Both the position numbers and the translations under genes were made by a program. From the IMG/VR virus record IMGVR_UViG_3300025853_007458: a stretch of DNA of 20,000 bases; one strand, written 5' to 3'. Below the pieces are notes generated by a model. It worked only from the letters and a program-made list of their open reading frames with translations. It made no database searches and was not told where the DNA came from. The DNA comes from an uncultured virus (IMG/VR IMGVR_UViG_3300025853_007458) (Duplodnaviria > Heunggongvirae > Uroviricota > Caudoviricetes). Of this stretch, positions 15,577 through 20,000 are shown one piece after another (position 1 is the first letter of the stretch; each line of letters begins with the position of its first letter).

Positions 15577-17250
15577 ATGCGACATACAAAGTATATAATT
15601 TTATTCACGGTCTTAATCCTTACGATTTTAGTAACAAGAAGTAGTAACGCAGAAACTACTTGTACTGAAAACGAGTTAGGTGACCAGACCTGTGTTACAA
15701 CCACTACTACTAATGTACCTGGTGTAACAACAGACAATCTATTATCTCCTAATTTCCAAGACGGTAGTTGGAACTATTCGTCTAATATGACCTTTCACGG
15801 TTCAAATACATTAGCAACAACTCACAACTCATCAGCAGATTCAACTGTATCATTAAGCACAGATGGTGGTTTAACTAAATCACAAATTAATTCTGGTTTT
15901 ACATCTACATTTGGATTGGATATTTGGTTTTGGAGCGGTTCTACTTCTAATGTTACAATGAAACAAACTCTTACAGATGATAATGGAAATGTAATTACTC
16001 AACAAAGAGTTATATCAGGAACAAATAATACTTATGGAACAAATTATACAGATACAATTACTGTAAATGCTAACACAAAATCAGATTATTCTATCAAAGC
16101 AGAGCTATCTAATACAACACCTGCTTACACAACAGGTCATTATGGTCCTGACATTAATGATCCAAGTTTAGTTGTAACTACAAACAGTACAACATCAACA
16201 TCTACTTCCGAAACATTTTTATACTGTTATGAAAGAGTACCAAACGCTTGTACTTACGACAATGAAGCGTTAGAAGATATAGCAGATTTTAAAACAGATG
16301 ATGGTAAATCTTATGATGAATATGTAGAAGACGCAATAAAAGATTTTGAAGTTGTAAGTGTAGATACGTCTATTATAGTAGAAGATGATTTTGGTAAAAT
16401 AGAAGAATTTAAAATAGAAGATTACGCTGTAGAAACATTTAATGATTTTATTGAAGCAAATGATTTAACCGAAACTTTTGAAACAGCTTTAATAGAAGAA
16501 GATTTAGGTAAAGAAGAATTTTTTGACACAATGACAGATAGTATTAAAGAAGAATTTGGTGAAGACTTTGATATGGGTGGTGATGACTTTAAAGAAGACT
16601 TAACAACCGAAGGAGGCCCTAGTGACTTAACTGAAGATACCGTTGAAATAAAAGAAGAAGAAACCGTAGAAACAGAAACCGATACAAATGACATAAAGGA
16701 GTCCAATGACACAACTACAGAAACGGAAGTTGAAGAAACACCTAATGAAAGTAATACGGAATCAGAAACTAGTGAAGATGTATCTAGTGAATCTGATGTG
16801 GATAAAAATTCGGAAACAGAAGGAACGGAGACGGAGACGGACGCTGATGAAAATGTGGAGACAAAGGAGACTACAAGAACTGAACTTGCGACTGACAGCA
16901 TAGATAAAAAAGTTGAAAGAGTTATCGCAAAAGTTTTAGCAAAATTAGAAACAGTTGAGGACAAGGTACAGGCCATTCAGTTTGTAAAAATACAAGGTAT
17001 TAACGCCTCAGGACCAAGTCTAAATGTTTATAAAAGAAAAACATTAAAAGACAACGTTCAACTAAATGGCGTACCTAATCCAGACTTTTTTAATCAACTA
17101 AATATAGAGCAACAACAAGTATATACAAATGTCAATTTAAATGTATATACAAATAATGATCCATTGACAATCTTACAAAATGAATTAGATAATATTAATG
17201 TAGAAAAAAATAGATTGTTGCTTGAAATACAACAACTAAAAAGAGGATAA
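15577..17250 (+). CDS. Large secreted/membrane-anchored protein with beta-rich N-domain, very acidic central region and coiled-coil end
   Basis: Signal-like MRHTKYIILFTVLILTILVTRSSNA, two Cys pairs flanking a Thr/Ser/Asn-rich domain, and an Asp/Glu/Thr-rich tract at about 16250-16900. Confidence 0.75.
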   Translation: MRHTKYIILFTVLILTILVTRSSNAETTCTENELGDQTCVTTTTTNVPGVTTDNLLSPNFQDGSWNYSSNMTFHGSNTLATTHNSSADSTVSLSTDGGLTKSQINSGFTSTFGLDIWFWSGSTSNVTMKQTLTDDNGNVITQQRVISGTNNTYGTNYTDTITVNANTKSDYSIKAELSNTTPAYTTGHYGPDINDPSLVVTTNSTTSTSTSETFLYCYERVPNACTYDNEALEDIADFKTDDGKSYDEYVEDAIKDFEVVSVDTSIIVEDDFGKIEEFKIEDYAVETFNDFIEANDLTETFETALIEEDLGKEEFFDTMTDSIKEEFGEDFDMGGDDFKEDLTTEGGPSDLTEDTVEIKEEETVETETDTNDIKESNDTTTETEVEETPNESNTESETSEDVSSESDVDKNSETEGTETETDADENVETKETTRTELATDSIDKKVERVIAKVLAKLETVEDKVQAIQFVKIQGINASGPSLNVYKRKTLKDNVQLNGVPNPDFFNQLNIEQQQVYTNVNLNVYTNNDPLTILQNELDNINVEKNRLLLEIQQLKRG

Positions 17251-17252
17251 AA

Positions 17253-17561
17253 ATGTTAGATAAATTAAAAGATAACCTTGCAAGTATAGCTGCTTTGATA
17301 GCTGCTATTGTAGCAATTGGTGGTGGTTTTGTAAAATATGGAGAGATAACTACTAGACTTAATCAGATAGAAGCAAGTCAAGGAGTTGATTTTGCACCAA
17401 TTAACAAATCAATTGATGAAGTAAAAGGTATTACAAATAATAACTCAGCTGCAGTTTCAAAAGTTGACACAAAGGCTGAAGTAAACTCAAAAGAAATAGA
17501 ACTATTAAAATTACAAATTAGAGAATTACAACTTAAAGCTAAAAACCCATTAAGTAATTAA
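17253..17561 (+). CDS. Single-TM coiled-coil protein
   Basis: GAGGA SD. LASIAALIAAIVAIGGGFV helix, ends NPLSN. Confidence 0.7.
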   Translation: MLDKLKDNLASIAALIAAIVAIGGGFVKYGEITTRLNQIEASQGVDFAPINKSIDEVKGITNNNSAAVSKVDTKAEVNSKEIELLKLQIRELQLKAKNPLSN

Positions 17562-17562
17562 T

Positions 17563-18012
17563 ATGACAGATTTAAACAAGTTAGCAACCGATTTACAAGT
17601 ACTTAAAAATGAAGTAGAGCAGGTTGCTAGCGTCAATACAAAACTTGATAATGCTATAGATAAACTAACAGACATATCTGGTAGTATCAAATCTATGTTA
17701 GCAGTACACGAAGAAAAACTATCAAAACAAGAAGAAATTGATAAAGCAATATTCAACCTGATAGAGAATCGTAGGGTTGAGTTTGATACGAATTACAAAG
17801 AGTTACACGCTAGAATCAACAAGATTCATAAGGAATTGACAGATGAAATAGAGATGTCAGAAAAGCGTTTAATGTGTGAAATTAAGACTTTAAACTCAAA
17901 TTTAGACGGTAGGATCGGCGTATTTGAGAAATACAGATGGATCATCATAGGGGCAGCAATCGTACTAGGGCTGTCTATGCCTCAGATATTAAGTGTTATA
18001 AAAGCCATATAG
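17563..18012 (+). CDS. Coiled-coil protein with C-terminal TM anchor
   Basis: Long heptad region with MLAVHEEKL and a C-terminal RWIIIGAAIVLGL segment. Confidence 0.7.
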   Translation: MTDLNKLATDLQVLKNEVEQVASVNTKLDNAIDKLTDISGSIKSMLAVHEEKLSKQEEIDKAIFNLIENRRVEFDTNYKELHARINKIHKELTDEIEMSEKRLMCEIKTLNSNLDGRIGVFEKYRWIIIGAAIVLGLSMPQILSVIKAI

Positions 18013-18016
18013 TGGC

Positions 18017-18045
18017 TTGACAAACACGTATATATAGTATATACT
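18017..18045 (+). promoter_or_regulatory. Sigma70-type promoter for primase-nrdA
   Basis: TTGACA (18017-18022), exactly 17 nt, TATACT (18040-18045). Confidence 0.8.
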
Positions 18046-18052
18046 GTTTTAT

Positions 18053-19066
18053 ATGAGTGGTTACATTGATCTAAATTATATCAGCAAGATACAGCCTAGA
18101 CTACAACAATTTAAAAAGAAAAGAGATTATCTATTCAATTTTCGTTGTCCTGTCTGTGGTGATTCTAAAAAGTCTAAAACAAAAGCAAGAGCATATCTTT
18201 ATAGAGTAAAGAATGATATGTTTTTCAAATGCCATAATTGTAGTGCTTCACACAATTTGGCTAATCTTATAAAACTAGTTGATCGGCCATTGTACGACCA
18301 ATACATTTTAGAAAGATATAAAGGCAGTAAACCTGCTAGTGAAGAAAGTCTGTTTGAAAGATTTAAAACAGATACAAAAACAAAATTAAAATCTACACCC
18401 CTACAAGGTCTTATGGCCTTCAGTAAATTAAATGATGAGCATCCTGCAAAGCAATATCTTCTCAACCGAAAGTTGCCTACGGAATATTTTGATAGATTAT
18501 ATTATTGCGACAAGTTCCAAGAGTATGTAAATAGCATACGCCCAGGGACGTTTGAGAGTCTAAATAAGAAGTACGAGCATCCTAGATTGATTATACCTTT
18601 CTATGATGTTGATAATGAAGTCTTTGCTTTGCAAGGACGTGCATTTGGTAAAGAACAACCGAAATATCTTACAATAAAACTACAGGAGAACAAACAAAAA
18701 ATATTTGGCCTAGAACGAATTAATCTACATAGAAGATTACATATTGTTGAAGGTCCTTTAGATAGTTTGTTCCTTGATAATTGTCTAGCGGCTGGTGGCG
18801 CTGATCTACAACTACCTGTTGATAAAAAAGATGTTGTCTTTATATTTGACAACGAACCTCGTAATAAAGAAATAATAGATAGAATGTATAAAATGATAGA
18901 TGACAATTATATGATAACAATATGGCCAGAAGGGCAGAAAGAAAAAGATATTAACGAGATGATCGTAAACGGCAAGACAAAAGAACAAGTACAAAAAATT
19001 ATATCAGACAATACCTATTCAGGTTTGTCAGCAATCACAAAATTAAATTCATACAAACGTTGTTAA
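18053..19066 (+). CDS. gp61: DNA primase, T4 gp61-like
   Basis: Zn ribbon FRCPVCGDS...FKCHNC, RLIIPF, QGR, KYLT, TOPRIM IVEGPLDSLFL, FDNEPRN and KDINEM. Confidence 0.95.
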   Translation: MSGYIDLNYISKIQPRLQQFKKKRDYLFNFRCPVCGDSKKSKTKARAYLYRVKNDMFFKCHNCSASHNLANLIKLVDRPLYDQYILERYKGSKPASEESLFERFKTDTKTKLKSTPLQGLMAFSKLNDEHPAKQYLLNRKLPTEYFDRLYYCDKFQEYVNSIRPGTFESLNKKYEHPRLIIPFYDVDNEVFALQGRAFGKEQPKYLTIKLQENKQKIFGLERINLHRRLHIVEGPLDSLFLDNCLAAGGADLQLPVDKKDVVFIFDNEPRNKEIIDRMYKMIDDNYMITIWPEGQKEKDINEMIVNGKTKEQVQKIISDNTYSGLSAITKLNSYKRC

Positions 19067-19076
19067 GGAGAGAAAA

Positions 19077-20000
19077 ATGGTAATGGGAAACGAGTCTATA
19101 AACGTCAAAAAAAGAAAAGATAGAGGAACAGAACCTCTTAACATTGAAAAGATACATGAAATGGTTGAGTATGCTTGTGAAGATATAACAGGAGTTTCTT
19201 CATCACAAGTAGAAATGAAAAGTGGTTTACAATTTTATGATGGTATTACCACAGACGAAATACAACAGATTTTAGTTAAGTCAGCTGCAGACTTAATTTC
19301 ATTAGAAAGTCCTAACTACACTTATGTGGCATCCAGATTATTACTTTACAGTTTAAGAAAACAAGTTATAAGCAAACTATGGGATCATCCACACTTTTAT
19401 GACCATGTTAAAAAAGTTGTAGAGATGGGATTATATGATAAAGAAATTTTTGACAACTATCAGCGAAAAGATTTTGATAGAATGGAGAACTGGTTAAGCC
19501 ACGAAAGAGATTATACGTTTACATACGCTGGTTTAAGACAAGTGATTGACAAGTATTTGGTACAAGATAGAAGCACAAATGAAATATTTGAAACACCACA
19601 ATTTATGTATATGATGATTGCGGCTACATTGTTTGCCAAATATCCAAAAGAAACGAGGATGACATATGTTAAAAAATATTATGATGCTATTTCACAATTC
19701 AAAATCAATATTCCTACTCCCGTTATGGCTGGTGTACGAACTCCTTTACGTCAGTATGCGAGTTGTGTGTTGGTTGATATTGATGATACCTTACCTAGTA
19801 TTTTCTCTGGTGATATGGCTATTGGAAGATACATCGCTCAAAGAGCTGGAATCGGAATCAATGCAGGCAGGATACGTGGAATCAATGCAAGAATACGAGG
19901 CGGAGAGGTCCAACACACTGGTGTTATACCTTTTCTTAAAAAGTTTGAGGCAACGGTTAAGTGTTGCACTCAAAATGGAGTCCGAGGAGGATCAGCAACA
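19077..20000 (+). CDS. nrdA: Ribonucleoside-diphosphate reductase class Ia alpha subunit (3'-truncated by the window end; absent from the ORF track)
   Basis: AAGGAG SD. N-terminal ATP cone (VKKRKDRGTEPLNIEKIH), KYLVQDR, ETPQFMYM, PTPVMAGVRTPLRQYASCVLV and CCTQNGVRGGSAT. The frame stays open to position 20000. Confidence 0.97.
   Translation, partial: MVMGNESINVKKRKDRGTEPLNIEKIHEMVEYACEDITGVSSSQVEMKSGLQFYDGITTDEIQQILVKSAADLISLESPNYTYVASRLLLYSLRKQVISKLWDHPHFYDHVKKVVEMGLYDKEIFDNYQRKDFDRMENWLSHERDYTFTYAGLRQVIDKYLVQDRSTNEIFETPQFMYMMIAATLFAKYPKETRMTYVKKYYDAISQFKINIPTPVMAGVRTPLRQYASCVLVDIDDTLPSIFSGDMAIGRYIAQRAGIGINAGRIRGINARIRGGEVQHTGVIPFLKKFEATVKCCTQNGVRGGSAT

Noticed and set aside
16825..16842. 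ACGGAG ACGGAG ACGGAC microrepeat
   Set aside because: It simply encodes TETETD in a low-complexity acidic tract; too short to imply a repeat element.
779..19973. All minus-strand ORFs in the track (e.g. 4725-5105, 16422-16976, 18601-18906)
   Set aside because: They are antisense shadows of well-supported plus-strand genes, with hydrophobic/Ser-rich composition mirroring Lys/Glu codons and no motifs.
1..20000. CRISPR array, tRNA genes, introns/inteins, stop-codon reassignment
   Set aside because: No regularly spaced repeats or cloverleaf seen. Primase and the visible nrdA part are uninterrupted, and genes tile the window under the standard code with TAA, TAG and TGA all used as stops.

Overview
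AT-rich, gene-dense, entirely plus-strand segment of a T4-like myophage genome. The low GC and gene set suggest a marine phage, possibly of a SAR11/Pelagibacter-like host (inference). From left to right: (1) 1-7864, a nucleotide-enzyme and head-protein cluster with a partial ligase-like protein, a beta-rich putative virion protein, adenylate kinase, a Zeta-like P-loop kinase, a 929-aa multidomain protein (Pol-beta-type nucleotidyltransferase + HIGH-motif nucleotidyltransferase + small basic modules) and two further modular proteins; (2) a HAD nucleotidase with its own sigma70-type promoter; (3) a T4 late promoter followed by structural and head-associated genes; (4) a lysis-like cassette (DUF1353-like protein, small 2-TM holin candidate, overlapping i-/o-spanins) followed by membrane/secreted proteins; (5) DNA primase (gp61) and the 5' part of nrdA. 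Main observations: at least six genes, including three enzymes, begin with a T4 internal-protein-like capsid targeting sequence (MKTFKEF..E type), and the large proteins look like polyproteins punctuated by prohead-protease-type (I/L/M)-x-E sites. This suggests a capsid-packaged, injected kit of kinases and nucleotidyltransferases. In addition, an A10G slippery run at the end of a secreted-protein gene would, on a -1 shift, add a hydrophobic C-terminal anchor ending 3 nt before the next gene. Family names are from motif recognition and recollection, not from database searches.
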